DNA of 63,877 nucleotides, the filler included, from Octopus bimaculoides (lineage: Eukaryota): the NCBI RefSeq assembly GCF_001194135.2. It is 7 parts of 6 records of this genome, joined end to end, with 100 filler letters (N's around TTAATTAATTAA, not from the genome) between each part and the next. Parts side by side here need not be neighbours in the genome. Positions count along the whole stretch, not along the records: positions 20,466 to 39,040 come from NC_069003.1; positions 39,141 to 45,735 come from NC_068981.1; positions 45,836 to 55,380 come from NC_068990.1; 4 more parts are not named here. One strand, written 5' to 3'. A program made the translations under genes and the position numbers. Below, piece by piece: positions 37,328 through 50,750 of this stretch (within the stretch, counting starts at the first letter, position 1; every line of letters starts with the position of its first letter). Below the pieces are notes generated by a model. It saw only the letters and a program-made list of their open reading frames with translations, had not been told where the DNA came from and made no database searches.

Positions 37328-37506
37328 AACCCTTTGAGAAGAAAGAATCTCTAACAATGAATGAGATAAAAGCATTTCAGTCAGTGTTAATAATGGCACC
37401 AAGAGGTCCCAGTAACCCCAATTGGGATTCATTCCTAGAAAGAACTCGCCAAAATCTTGGCAGAGAACCTTTCTACGTTCCCTCATTGCCTTTCAAAAAA
37501 AATCCC
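37328..37506 (+). CDS. Receptor guanylyl cyclase/NPR-like, coding exon 4 (last exon I can identify)
   Basis: Long T tract + gcag| acceptor. G+AA joins in frame: EPFEKKESLTMNEIKAFQSVLIMAPRGPSNPNWDSFLERTRQNLGREPFYVPSLPFKKNP (AFQSVL and PF motifs typical of the family). Donor CCC|gtgagt at 37507, phase 0. Confidence 0.88.
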
Positions 37507-37802
37507 GTGAGTAAAGATTCTTTACTGTAAAAGTTAAATAATGTTGTTGTTGTTGCTGCTGCTGTTTTTGTTGTTGTCTAACCCAAGGCAAACCATGTTT
37601 GAGTATACCTATGATGAAAGGTGTTCTACCCTTGACCATTCTGGTGCAGACGCAGCTATGTGGTCAAGAAGTCTATTTTGAAGCCATGTGGAAAGTTGGG
37701 CAAGTGTTTTGTGCTATAGCCCTGGGCCAACCAATGTACTATGAGTAACTTTAGTAGAAGCACTGTGAAGAAATACACCATATGTGTGTGTGAGTGTGTA
37801 TG

Positions 37803-37836
<34 letters not shown>

Positions 37837-37882
37837 CACGCAGTAGAAATTATATTGGTCTCTTTCTCTCTGTCTCTCTCCA

Positions 37883-37951
<69 letters not shown>

Positions 37952-38029
37952 TATATACATACATGCATATACATACATACATGCATGCATACATACATAC
38001 ATACATACATACATACATACATACACACA

Positions 38030-38072
<43 letters not shown>

Positions 38073-38369
38073 CAAAGTGGAGAGAAACTTTTGCATATAT
38101 TCGAAAAATATTACTTGTACTTCATTAACAATAATATCTGCTAGATAAGGAAATATCTTATTAACCTCTTATATCATCAATTCACCAGAGATTGTATAAC
38201 AAATGTAAATAAATTCTAATTTATGTAATGGACTTCAGACAGTATTATGGTATTGACAGACATATTTATATATGTATTAATAAGGTAATTTAACAGCAGA
38301 CTTCATCTCAAAGAATTCAATTTCATATCTTTATGTTCTGCTTTACACCCAGTTTGACTTTGTTTCACC

Positions 38370-38580
38370 CTTCCCAGCTTCCAAAGTTGATGAGAATACT
38401 AAATAAAATACTCGGGTTATATTCCACTAAATCCCATGGAGAAGGACAGTGGAAAAGGAAAGGAATCAAGCTGGATGGTCATCATGGAATTTGGCAAGAA
38501 AACTTGCAACACAGAGAGATAAATAGAAAAGCATGGAGGCCTTATGTGCCAGCTGGCACAAAGAGGATTGAAAAATAGAT
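38370..38580 (+). mobile_element. RTE-like LINE extreme 3' end, decayed
   Basis: Frameshifted NPMEK..GK..SW...WQELATQRDK.KSMEALCASWHKED resembles RTE C-termini. Confidence 0.5.
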
Positions 38581-38744
38581 AGAAATCCCCGTAACCTTTT
38601 AGTACTTAATACAGCTTTATCCAGCAAAAATATTCGATCTGTTTTACATTCAAACCAACTAAATCTGGCCTCTTGTACCTACCCTACAATGTCATTTTAA
38701 AAATAAATAATCACATAATTGGAATTTCAAAGCTATGAGATACT

Positions 38745-39040
38745 CTTTTACTTGTTTCAGTCATTTGACTGCGGCCATGCTGGAGCACCGCCTTTAGTCG
38801 AGCAAATCGACCCCAGGGCTTATTCTTTGTAAGCCTAGTACTTATTTTATCGATCTCTTTTGCCAAACCGCTAAGTTACGGGGACGTAAACACACCAGCA
38901 TCGGTTGTCAAGCGATGTTGGGGAGACAAACACAGACACACAAACACACATATATATATACATATACATATATACGACAGGCTTCTTTCAGTTTCCGTCT
39001 ACCAAATCCACTCACAAGGCTTTGGTCGGCCCGAGGCTAT
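38745..39040 (-). mobile_element. SINE family A, young copy (CpGs intact), head lost in gap
   Basis: Near-identical by eye to the reverse complement of 62590-62870. Confidence 0.9.
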
Positions 39041-40257
39041 NNNNNNNNNNNNNNNNNNNNNNNNNNNNNNNNNNNNNNNNNNNNTTAATTAATTAANNNN
39101 NNNNNNNNNNNNNNNNNNNNNNNNNNNNNNNNNNNNNNNNTATAACAACACTATTCAAATCGAAGTTCTATTATTATGTAGAAATGAAACTATAACTTAT
39201 AAATAATTAAGTGTTAAATAAGTTATCTATTAGAAATAATCTATAAAGAACCAAATGAATAATATAAAAAACAAGAATACATATTATTTTCAAATAGTAG
39301 AAAATCTTTAGCAAAGTAAAAACAGTACTTATCCATATTTCTCCGTAATTCAAACTGAAACTAAGACGTTATCTAATAGCTATAGCGTTTTAAGCAAGAG
39401 GTCGCGCGAAAATACTACGTTAAAATAGAGAATAGAATACGAAAACATGAATGAAATAATAATACTTAAAAAAATGAATGAAAATTTAAAAATTTATATA
39501 ACTAACAACAAAAAAAGAACAAAAAACTATAGCTATCTTATAAAACATATTAATAAAATTTAAATTCTAATATATAATAAATTAATAATAAGACTAAGAG
39601 TCGTAAATTAAATAATATAATATTATGAAATAGGCTAAAATACTATTATTGATTTAGTCTTATAAAAACGTAGTGTCATTGTAATATAAAACCTTAAACT
39701 TCCTAAAATATTAACCTACCAATAAAAATAAAACTACTATATATATCCACAAATATATATCTACACATACACACAAATATATATCTACACATACACACAT
39801 GTACCTACCTAAACATACATATAAAAACAAATACACTCATACACACATATAAATAAATAAAGAATATTATATATAAAAATACACACTCCCACTCACCCTC
39901 CCATACTCTCAAATATACATATTATATAGATTCACATATACATACATATATACATATATATAAAAATATAAAATATATACACTCATATGTATACTCTAGT
40001 TTATACACACAAAAAATATACATATGTATACTCAAATGCACATACATATATATACACAAAATATACACACACAAACAAACTCATATACATACATAAATAT
40101 ATATATATATATAAAAATATTATACTCATTTATTGTGCTTTTAATTGTTAATTTTTCTATGTGATAGTGGATTTTCATCGATGAGTTCTTGAAACTTGGT
40201 TATTTTCCCTAAAACTATATATTTTATATATATATATATATGTACACATATGTTTAT

Positions 40258-41085
40258 CATCATCATCATTTAACGCCCACTTTCCATGCTGGTATGGGTT
40301 GGATGGTTTGACTGAGGACTAACAAACCAGGAAGCTGCACTAGGCTCCAATCTGATCTGGCAAGGTTCCTACAGCTGGATGCTCTTCCTGATGCCAACCA
40401 CTCCAAGAATGTAGTGGGTGCTTTTTATGTGCCACCGGTACAGGAGCCAGACAGGTGGTACTGGCAGCAACCACACCCAAATGGTACTTTTTTACGTGCC
40501 ATCAGCATGGGAGCCAGTTAGGCAGCACTGGCAATGACCACACAAGAATGGTGTTTTTTATGTTCCACCAGCATGGGAACCAGTCTGGTGGGACTGGCAT
40601 CGACCACGTTCAAATGATGCTTTTTACATGCTACCAGCACGGGAGCCAGTCCAATGGGACTGGCATTGACCACACTCAAATGGTGCTTTTTACGTGCTAC
40701 CAGCACAGGTCCCAGTCAGGCAGTACTGGCATCAACCACAACAATGATTTTATTTGACCCAACAGGTCTTCTCAAGCACTGTATATTGCCCAGTGATTGA
40801 AGGGTACGCTCAAATGGAACGGTTGTGCAACACTGGCAACAGTCTCACTTGGCTTGTTGGTCTTCTCAAGCACAGTGTATCTCCAACGGTCTCAGTTGCT
40901 TGTCATTGCCTCTGTGGGGCCCAACGTTCGAAAGTCATGCTTCACCACCTCATCCCAAGCCTTCCTAGGTCTACCTCTTCCACAGGTTCCCTCCACTGTT
41001 AGGGTGTGACACTTTTTCACACAGCTGTCCTCATCCATACACAAAATATGACCATACCAGTGCAGTTGTCTCTCTTGCACATGTA
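40258..41085 (-). mobile_element. RTE LINE 3' end + long 3' UTR with internal repeats and (GAT)n tail
   Basis: VQERQLHWYGHILCMDEDSCVKKCHTLTVEGTCGRGRPRKAWDEVVKHDFRTLG. Repeated ggcatcgaccac..aatgg.g.tttttacgtg units. Confidence 0.88.
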
Positions 41086-41219
41086 TGTTTATATAGTTGC
41101 CTAAATATAGGTATATATACGTATGTACGGGAATGTATGTATATGTGAATGCATGTATGTGTGTATATAGGCATATATACGTAGGTTTGTATGTGTGTAT
41201 ATGTAAGTATATATCCAAC

Positions 41220-41870
41220 CGCTGGATACTAAAGGATACATAAATTGACCAAGGAAAATAATTCGGTTCAACTCATCTTTCTCCCTTAATGTTATGACTA
41301 ACTTAGGCAAGAATTTCCTGTTTCTTTTCGATAAACATTTTCCATTAAATCATAAATACAGGAAAATTTTTAGCAGATGCTCAATAAAAAATATCATACA
41401 GCTGCTGCCCCAATATGAAAAGCATTATAACTTGCAAAAATTACCAAGAAACCACTCCCAGTTGTAACTGTTGGGACCCTGAAGCTTGCCCACTTGATCA
41501 GGTGTGTCATATACAAAGCTGAAGTTACAGCTACACTCCAAGACAAATCAATTGAAAAGAAAAATTGCATCGGGTTATTTTCTTTCTGGCACATTGATAA
41601 AAGTAATATAACTGAGTTGGCTAGCCACATATGTAATTTGAAGAGCAGCACCACACCACATATCATTAAGTGGAAAATAGTGGAGAAATCCAAGTCATAT
41701 GTTTGTTAATGGATCTCAGAAATGCAACTTATGTGTAACAGAAAGGTCTCATATTCTTCTTTGATCCAGCAATTCTAATGCACTACTTAATTTGAGATCT
41801 GAAATTTTTAGTACGTGTAGACACATAGACAGGTTTCTTTTATTAAATTTGAGTGCACCACCTTTTCCGG
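41220..41870 (+). mobile_element. Penelope-like element, linker + GIY-YIG endonuclease, degenerate
   Basis: LFDKHFPLNHKYRKIF...ISYSCCPNMKSII, CNC..PEACPL, CVIYKAEV, TELASHICNLK...IKWKIVEKSKSY, KCNLC.TE, LLNLRSEIFSTCRH. Confidence 0.88.
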
Positions 41871-42236
41871 AATGAGTTGCTGTCTCACAGCCTTTGACAT
41901 ATTTTCTGATATTTTGTTCTAAACCAGTTGTATTTAATGAACTTTCTGCTATTAGGGAGGAAGAAGATCTTAGTTTTCTTGATTTTGTTTCTTTTTTGTC
42001 ATTCCATTTTTTGCACCAATCTTCTTCACATTTTTTCCATGTTTTTTCTTATTTTTTTACTGTCCAGCTTCCTTGTTTTTAAAATATATGTAATACATAA
42101 ACAGAGCTTGAAAGATTGCTTTAAGATACATGGTGTATTTTATAAAGATACCTATTCAAGTATCATAAAACCATGAAACTAATAGTAGCTCTTCCAGTTG
42201 TGTATTTGAATTTATATATATATACATATCTATCTG

Positions 42237-42289
<53 letters not shown>

Positions 42290-42318
42290 ATATATATATA
42301 TATATATATATATTATGT

Positions 42319-42365
<47 letters not shown>

Positions 42366-43065
42366 AATTGTAAATCCAAAAGAAAAAAATAACAACAAAA
42401 CTACAAAGGATTCCGCGGTACACGTGTTTCAAGCTCTACATGTGTATAATATAATATAACATAATATCATATAACATAACATAATATGTGTATAATCTAC
42501 AATGTAAAGCTATCTTCAGCCGCAAAATTATCTCTCTCCCATGAAATTATACCATCTCGACNNNNNNNNNNNNNNNNNNNNNNNNNNNNNNNNNNNNNNN
42601 NNNNNNNNNNNNNNNNNNNNNNNNNNNNNNNNNNNNNNNNNNNNNNNNNNNNNNNNNNNNNNNNNNNNNNNNNNNNNNNNNNNNNNNNNNNNNNNNNNNN
42701 NNNNNNNNNNNNNNNNNNNNNNNNNNNNNNNNNNNNNNNNNNNNNNNNNNNNNNNNNNNNNNNNNNNNNNNNNNNNNNNNNNNNNNNNNNNNNNNNNNNN
42801 NNNNNNNNNNNNNNNNNNNNNNNNNNNNNNNNNNNNNNNNNNNNNNNNNNNNNNNNNNNNNNNNNNNNNNNNNNNNNNNNNNNNNNNNNNNNNNNNNNNN
42901 NNNNNNNNNNNNNNNNNNNNNNNNNNNNNNNNNNNNNNNNNNNNNNNNNNNNNNNNNNNNNNNNNNNNNNNNNNNNNNNNNNNNNNNNNNNNNNNNNNNN
43001 NNNNNNNNNNNNNNNNNNNNNNNNNNNNNNNNNNNNNNNNNNNNNNNNNNNATATATATATGTAT

Positions 43066-43965
43066 ATAAGAAGCATCAGTTGTGGTGTGCAAGAGAGACG
43101 ATTGTGCTGGTATGGTCATTTTGCGAGAATGGATGAGGATAGCTGTGTGAAAATGTGCCACACCCTAGGCGTTGAGGGAACCTGTGGAAGAGGTAGACCC
43201 AGGAAGACCTGGGATGAGGTGGTGAAGCACGACCTTCGAACATTAGGCCTCACTGAGGTAATGACTTGTGACCCAGACCTTTGGAAATATGCTGTGCATG
43301 AGAATACCCGGCAAGCCAACTGAAACCATAATCCAAGGCCTCTGCCAGGGGTGTAGCCAGCCCACTTATGCGTATCTTTCCTTCAATGGACACTAAACTC
43401 TGCTTGTAAAGACCTGTTGAGGCAAGTGAAATCGAAATCGAATTAAATTTGACGACTGGCACCCATGCCAATGTCTCCTTCATTGGACACTAAGCTTGGC
43501 TTGCAAAGACCTGTTGGGGTAAGTGAAAGTAAAATCATGATGGCACCTGTACCAGTGTAGCACTAAGAGCACCATCCGAGTGTGATCGTTGCCAGAGCAG
43601 CTGTCTGGCTTCCATGCCAGTGGAACGTAAATAGCACCATTTGAGCGTAATCGTTACCAGCGTCGCCTTCCTGGCACGTGAAAAGACATTCGAGCGAGGT
43701 TATTGCCAGTGCCACCAGACTGGGTCCTGTGCAGGTGGCACATAAAATACACCATTTTGAGCATAGCCGTTGCCAGTACCGCCTGACTGGCCTTCGTGCC
43801 AGTGGCACGTAAAAGCACCCACTACATTCTTGGAGTGGTTGGCATTAGGAAGGGCATCCAGCTGTAGAAACTCTGCTAAATCAGGTTGGAGCCTGGCGTG
43901 GCCATCTGGTTCGCCAGTCCTCAGTCAAATCGTCCAACCCATGCTAGCATGGAAAGCATGCTTCA
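43066..43965 (+). mobile_element. RTE LINE 3' end + 3' UTR
   Basis: CGVQERRLCWYGHFARMDEDSCVKMCHTLGVEGTCGRGRPRKTWDEVVKHDLRTLGLTE. UTR matches 40258-40760 in inverse orientation. Confidence 0.9.
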
Positions 43966-44339
43966 TGATGGCCTATGTGTGTGTGTATATATGTATATAT
44001 ATATTTCAAAAAATATTTTCAAAGGGATATATAATCCTGGTGGTTACCACATTTCCTTTGAATTGGTTTTAAATGCTAACTAACCACTATGAATTTTGGT
44101 GATACCCGAGTTAGTAATAAGTTACTTGACTCCGGTAATTATTCACACTCGCTAAATCCAAGTGTCCTTTTCAGGACTGCATAGTTTCTGTAGAGTAAGT
44201 AATAGTATTAATAATAGTCAGGGGAACAAATATTTTCCACATTCTCTTTTACTCTTTTACTTGTTTCAGTCAGTTGACTGCGGCCATGCTGGAGCACCGC
44301 CTTATTAAACAGTTACTTACAGCATTCTTTTGTGGGACA

Positions 44340-45585
44340 ATAATAACAGAAATCATTGTACACAGGTCAGCAGAATTAAAACAGGTAATAGCCAACTTAG
44401 GAATGGGAGGATAGATAAAGATAGGAAGATCAGACAATTGGCAATAATCATGATAACCATGGAACACCAGATAAGGTGAGGATTAGCAATGATTTTAAGA
44501 AAATGGGACCGTATAAGCTACTAAGTAACTTTGATAGTAACAAAAACTTTAGTTGGCAGCACCCAAGTAGAGGAGGTAACAAATATGTAAACCAGTCCTT
44601 CAGAAATACACAAATAAGTAACAGACCAAATATGAAAACCAGAGAAATAGGATAAATACCTTTAATAAATACTCCAAAAATTTCTCTAATAAAAAGATAT
44701 CTGATAATACAAAGTGGTATATAATTCCCTTCAGAAAGCAAATTCTTTCCAGCATTCCTAAATTATTCTATTCGGCAGTGGAAAAGTATTTTCCAAGAAA
44801 TAGTAAATACTTTAATGTATTTAATAACCACAAAATTAGGCTTGTGTTTTCCAGCAACAGGAACCTAGCACAAATTATAGCTGCACATAATGTACACAAA
44901 TTAAATAATTTCTATGAGAATACTATTAATATTAACCAAAACAGAAATAGCGAATTAGGAATAAATGAGACAAGCCTTATTGATAGAGCTAGTGACCAGA
45001 GAAATAGCTACAACAAAGGAACTAATATAAGGGAAGCAACCACTAACTCAATTACTAAACTAGAAAGAGAAGACGAGAATGCTAGAAAGTGCAGTACACA
45101 GAATGTCAACAGTGGGAATACTGAAAATAACCTGGAATATAGGTGAAATAAATTAGAGAATACAAATGATCGAACCAATATAGAAGATAAGAACAGAATT
45201 ATTAGAGTTAATAACTGTGATTATGCAAAAAGAAAATTATGTCCGTTAAAATCACAATGTAAAATTTTAAATGTGGTTTACAGGTGTAAAATTATATCAG
45301 AAGGCATAGACTATTTCTATATAGGTGTTAGTTCATGTTTTATAAAACGTAGGATAACTAACTACGAAATTTCATTTAGAGATAAAAATAAGAAATATAA
45401 AACGAACTTAAGTAAATTAATTAGGTCGCTAAAGGATATACTCAATTTACTGAGACATAATTAGTTGGGCTAAACCATATAGTAGAGGGAATAAATGATG
45501 TGACTTACGTTGATGAAATATACCAGATTTTCACTTCAAAATGTGATCTGATAAACTCTAGACAGGAATGCGGTTTAAGATGCAT
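44340..45585 (+). mobile_element. Penelope-like element, RT thumb/linker + GIY-YIG, degenerate
   Basis: EKYFPRNSKYFNVFNNHKIRLVFSSNRNLAQIIAAHN; CPLKSQC..NVVYRCKI...YFYIGVSS..IKRRITNYEISF...KYKTNLSK. Confidence 0.82.
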
Positions 45586-45656
45586 TCATGCAAATAAATG
45601 TACATTTAATAAATTCAGATAAATGCATTATCTATATATATAAAAATGAGAATGTG

Positions 45657-45735
<79 letters not shown>

Positions 45736-47318
45736 NNNNNNNNNNNNNNNNNNNNNNNNNNNNNNNNNNNNNNNNNNNNTTAATTAATTAANNNNNNNNN
45801 NNNNNNNNNNNNNNNNNNNNNNNNNNNNNNNNNNNTATATATATATATATCTATATATATATATATGTACACATGTACATAAATATGAAAATATATGTAT
45901 GCACACACACGAGTATATATGACTGTTTCAGTTTTATCATTTTATTATAGATTTTTCACATTTCCATATATGTTTTTCCCAGTTTGTTTGGAACAGTAAA
46001 ATTTTTAGATCCCTATTCAACATTTCCAGACTTTCAGTCTTCCTCAGTCTCATCTCTAGGATATGCAAAAGATTTGACTTCAGTATTGCTTCCTTTATAA
46101 TTGCAGATTATAAATTTTGTTGTAAACTTTACCACCAAATCTTTTTCGATTGCTAGAGATATATGGAAGAGATATATGTTATGCAAAAAAGGTGAGTGGA
46201 AAATATAATGGGTGTAGTTGTTTACATACATACATACATTCATACATACCTATCTACATACATTATACAGACAGACACACATACACACATATGCATACAT
46301 ACATATACACATGCACAGCCTTATTTCTATGAGTATGTTTTGTAGTTTAGTTTTGAGTTAGTAACTTTGTAATAAACTAACATAGTGTTAATATTTATGG
46401 TCTTGAATTTAGCAAAAAAAAACGAGATGAAATATGAGGATTGTGATAAGCTGATCCTATGTCTCACAGATAAATATGCATTCCTCAGAAACTTCTGAGG
46501 ACCTCAAACGTCCAATTTTTTTCCATGCAGCACCTAAAAGATGTGCTTTGGTAAGTGGATTGAGAAACATTTTATCATACAGCATATAACAAACAAAGAA
46601 AGCAATTTTCAAGAGAAGGAACAAATATAAATCGTTTCAATGAATATATTACAAATATAAACAAATATAAATCATTTCAATGAATATTTTTTCCCAGAAC
46701 TTACATAATTTCTAACAAAGAGAGACACCATGGGATAAATAGAGATAAACAAAAAAAAATTGAATTGTTATACTGATATATATATAGAGAGAGCTGAATC
46801 CTTCCTTTTAAAGAATCATAAAAAATGAATATGAATATAACGAAATTTATTTGAAAGTGTCTAAGACTTTTTATGGCAACAATATGGAGTGAAATATAAT
46901 GAAAATTGCAGATATGCAAATATCAAGAAAAAAAAAAGCAAAATGCAAAAAAAAAACTCACTAAATGAAATAAAAGAAAGAAAAAGAGACATGCAAACTT
47001 ATCAAGCAGAAGCAGATGGTTCAAGCATTTTTATGATAGAAAATTTACAGAAAAAATATGTAAGTTATGAGAAATATGTAAGGTAGATTTTAGTAATGGT
47101 TTCTATGATTATTTTTCTTCTTGTGTTTCTTTCCTATTTTCATTAATTTCAACTTATTTAAGCTCAGAAGCACCAACGTAAGAGTTTGGGTAAATTCTTC
47201 ATTTATTTATTGCATACAATACTAGCAAAAACTGCAAGAAAATCTCTACAAATTTTTCTTAAAAACTTGCATATATGTACATGTGTGTGTGTGTATGTGT
47301 GTGGGGTATGTGTGTGCA

Positions 47319-47376
<58 letters not shown>

Positions 47377-50300
47377 TATACATATATGCATACATACATA
47401 CATATATATACACATACTGTATATATACATATATACAGGTATGTGCACACACAAGTAAGTTCATAAATGCAAAACTAAGTGGAAAAAATAGTAGTTGAAT
47501 ACCAAATGTATTAATCACATATGTCCAATGAATAGGAACGTGAAACTCTGAGTAACAGTTTTGTGATCATTTTACAGCTTTGAGGTAAGAAGCTTACTTC
47601 TCAACCACATTGTCCTGGGTTCAGTTACACTGCGTGACACACTGGGAAAGTGTCTTCTACTATAGCCTAAGGTCAACCAAAGCCTTGTGATTGGATTTGG
47701 TAGATGGAAACTGAAAGAAGCCCATTGTATCGCTGAACACTACATATATTTTTTCTCTCCTTGTTTCTCTCCTTATTTCTTTCTGTGTTCCTTTTTGTNN
47801 NNNNNNNNTATAGCAAATAAGAAAGTGGAGAATATATGAGATTGACAGACATCAGCCAGTAAACATTCCAGTATGGCTATTTATTCCAATGTATTAGATT
47901 GATACACACACATGTATTAGTGGTACAGATTATCAAATAGAAAGAGTTAGTAATTGGTAATTGCAAAAACAAGAGTATGGAAGCATATAAACATATTGGA
48001 ACAAGAGATCAATTGAGCAGATGAGCAAATGAGCAGATTGTCTATAAAACTGAATGGGTGTGTAGGTGCTAGTTCCTTTCGGCTGTTTCTGCCAAGAGGT
48101 AACATGTGCTAAGTAGCTTGCTTACCAACCACATGGTTCTGGGATCNNNNNNNNNNGTGTATATATATATATATATATATATATTCATCTATGTATATGA
48201 TCTGCATACATATACATACATGGAAACTATGGAAATATTGTCACATATACACTCACACACATATCATACAACCTAGATCTTTTGCATTTTCTTTAGCAAC
48301 GTTTCTGGAAGATGAACACTGATTATAAAATCTATTTATGAATGACCTTTCTGATATACCAATTCAGTACTTCAGGGAAGTATGAGATCTGAGGTATGTT
48401 AATTTTAATTTCTGTCTCATATATGAATGCCTCTTTACTGCAAATATACTGGTATTTCTACTTGAACCACTGGATTCAGGAGACATAGGATATATTGTTT
48501 GCAGGAAACTTATGGAGACTTACGGTATATAATTTGCTTTGTGTTGGTGGCATAGCTAAAACTTACTTTAAGATAGAAAGTTGAGCTGGGGGCTAGCAAA
48601 CTTCTTTACATCTATCAAAATACAAAACTTTCTAAAGAAATCCAAGAACATGGAAAGTATGCACAGACTAGTGTATTGTATGGCAAAGAATTGTTTTAAA
48701 AAATCTTATCAAAAATTTAGTCTTCCCCAATTTTTATTTATTCTTCTCTGCCCTCCTCATTCTCTTCTCATTTCCTTTAAATTACTAATGATTTTTCTCA
48801 CTTTCCCTTGTAATATTACTTTACCTTTCATCCTTGCTCCCTTCCTTTCTCTATCTCTTCTATTTCTTTAATTTATCTATATTTTTCTCTTCAGCCCTAA
48901 CTCCATCTTTCTCTATTTTTTTCCTTTCCTCTATAACTTATTACATCTATTCAGATTCTCTCACACACTTCTTCTTATTCTCTTCCTGCTTTTTTTGTCT
49001 TTCTTTCTTTCTATCAGTCTCTCTCTCCCCTTCTCTCTCTTTTAATTTCTCTGGCTCTCTCAAATCAACATTCTCTTTTCTTTTCCTTCTTTATATCTAT
49101 TTCCCTTTCTCCATTCTCCTCCCATACATTTTCCATCTACAATTTCTCTCTTTTGCTATTTCTCTCTAACTACTTCCTAGCCTGACTCTCTCTTTTTTTC
49201 TCCTTTTCAATTACAGTTTCATACTTTGCAGAACATGTGTTTCTCTCTCTCTCTCTCTCACCCTCTATCTATATTTCCCTCTCTCTTACTCTGTCTTAAT
49301 CACTCCAATTATTTCCCTCTCTCTCGATCTCCCTTTCTATATTGTCTCCCAGAATTATGCTCCAGGTCCCAGCCATCAGTGGATTCTGAATAACAATTAT
49401 CATTTTTCAAGATGGTCAACCACCAGCACCATATAAATGGGGCAATATTCTTGAAAATATGTTCCTCAGGAATTGTACATGAACAATGCATTTACTAGCC
49501 ATTTTACTGCACCTGTTATGGATGCAATTTATAGTGTACCTCAAACCCTGCATCTAAGCAACTGCAGCAATAAAAAAAACATATATAAATGACATGCTTC
49601 TCTAAAATGTGCAAATACTTTGCTATAATAATAATATATCTTTTACATAGACATATATGAGTACCCATATACTCACACACATGTACAATACTGTATGCAT
49701 GTTCATATTGACATATTAAGCATCTATGTATATAAGTATGCCTGTGAAAAATCTATCAAGCTATGTCATGTGTGCGTATGTGTGTGTGTGAATCTGTGTT
49801 TGTGCATGTGTGTGTATAGGCATATATATATAGTAGTAGTGGTAGTGGTGGTGGTGGTGGTGGTAGTAGTGGCAGTGGTAGTAGTAGTAGTAGTTATAAC
49901 TGATATAAATATGCAGAAATATATTTGATTACTCTGACTGGGTTGATATTGGAAGAATAAAAAAAATAAGCAAAACTCACACACACACATGCTTGCATGT
50001 GTGAGTGTGTGTGTATTAATGCTGAACAATATATTACACAAGATAGCAGAAAATATTTCATGTGTAAAAGGATTTTTGGAAAACTCAATGAAAATCGCTA
50101 AGACAAATATTGTCTACTGCGATCTATTGATATATAAAATATTTTATGCTTAAATATATTTTATGCAACAAAATAGAATCTGCATTACATATACATATAG
50201 GTGCATATTCATATCCTTATACACACGCTCACGCATTCACACATGTGCACATACATGAACATATATATATGTGCCTGCATTAAACATGCTATTTTAAAGC

Positions 50301-50750
50301 ACTTGTAGCAGTGATTTGAAACTGAATCCCTGGATACGCACTCAGACATTATGAGCAAACCACACTAGTTTCACATGATTGGTCTATTAACCAACCATTC
50401 AGCATGAAGCAATGGGGGTGAACCGTCTTTCTTGAACGTTCTAGAATTGGACTTCTAGTCCTCTATAAAAAACTGTTCAGCATGCATTTTTGCCAATCAG
50501 ACTACCCAGGAAGATAGCTAAGACAGACGGCATAGATAGATAAGAACCTCCATCACCACGAATATATCCCAATGTTTACAGGACAAGCTGCATAGTGCTG
50601 TATCAATAATTTGCTGTAAAGTCCAAGCAGTGTCTCTCTTCCAGTGTGTAATTATTGCTGCTGTCATCTGTAGAAAGCCAATGTAGTTTGTCTTTGCATG
50701 CAATAACAAAATCATCTGCTAAATGTTTGCTGGGGGTACATACTTATGTA

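Noticed and set aside
49392-49482. Possible terminal exon DGQPPAPYKWGNILENMFLRNCT*
   Set aside because: Its phase does not fit exon 4 (phase 0) and it has no family similarity; no independent support.
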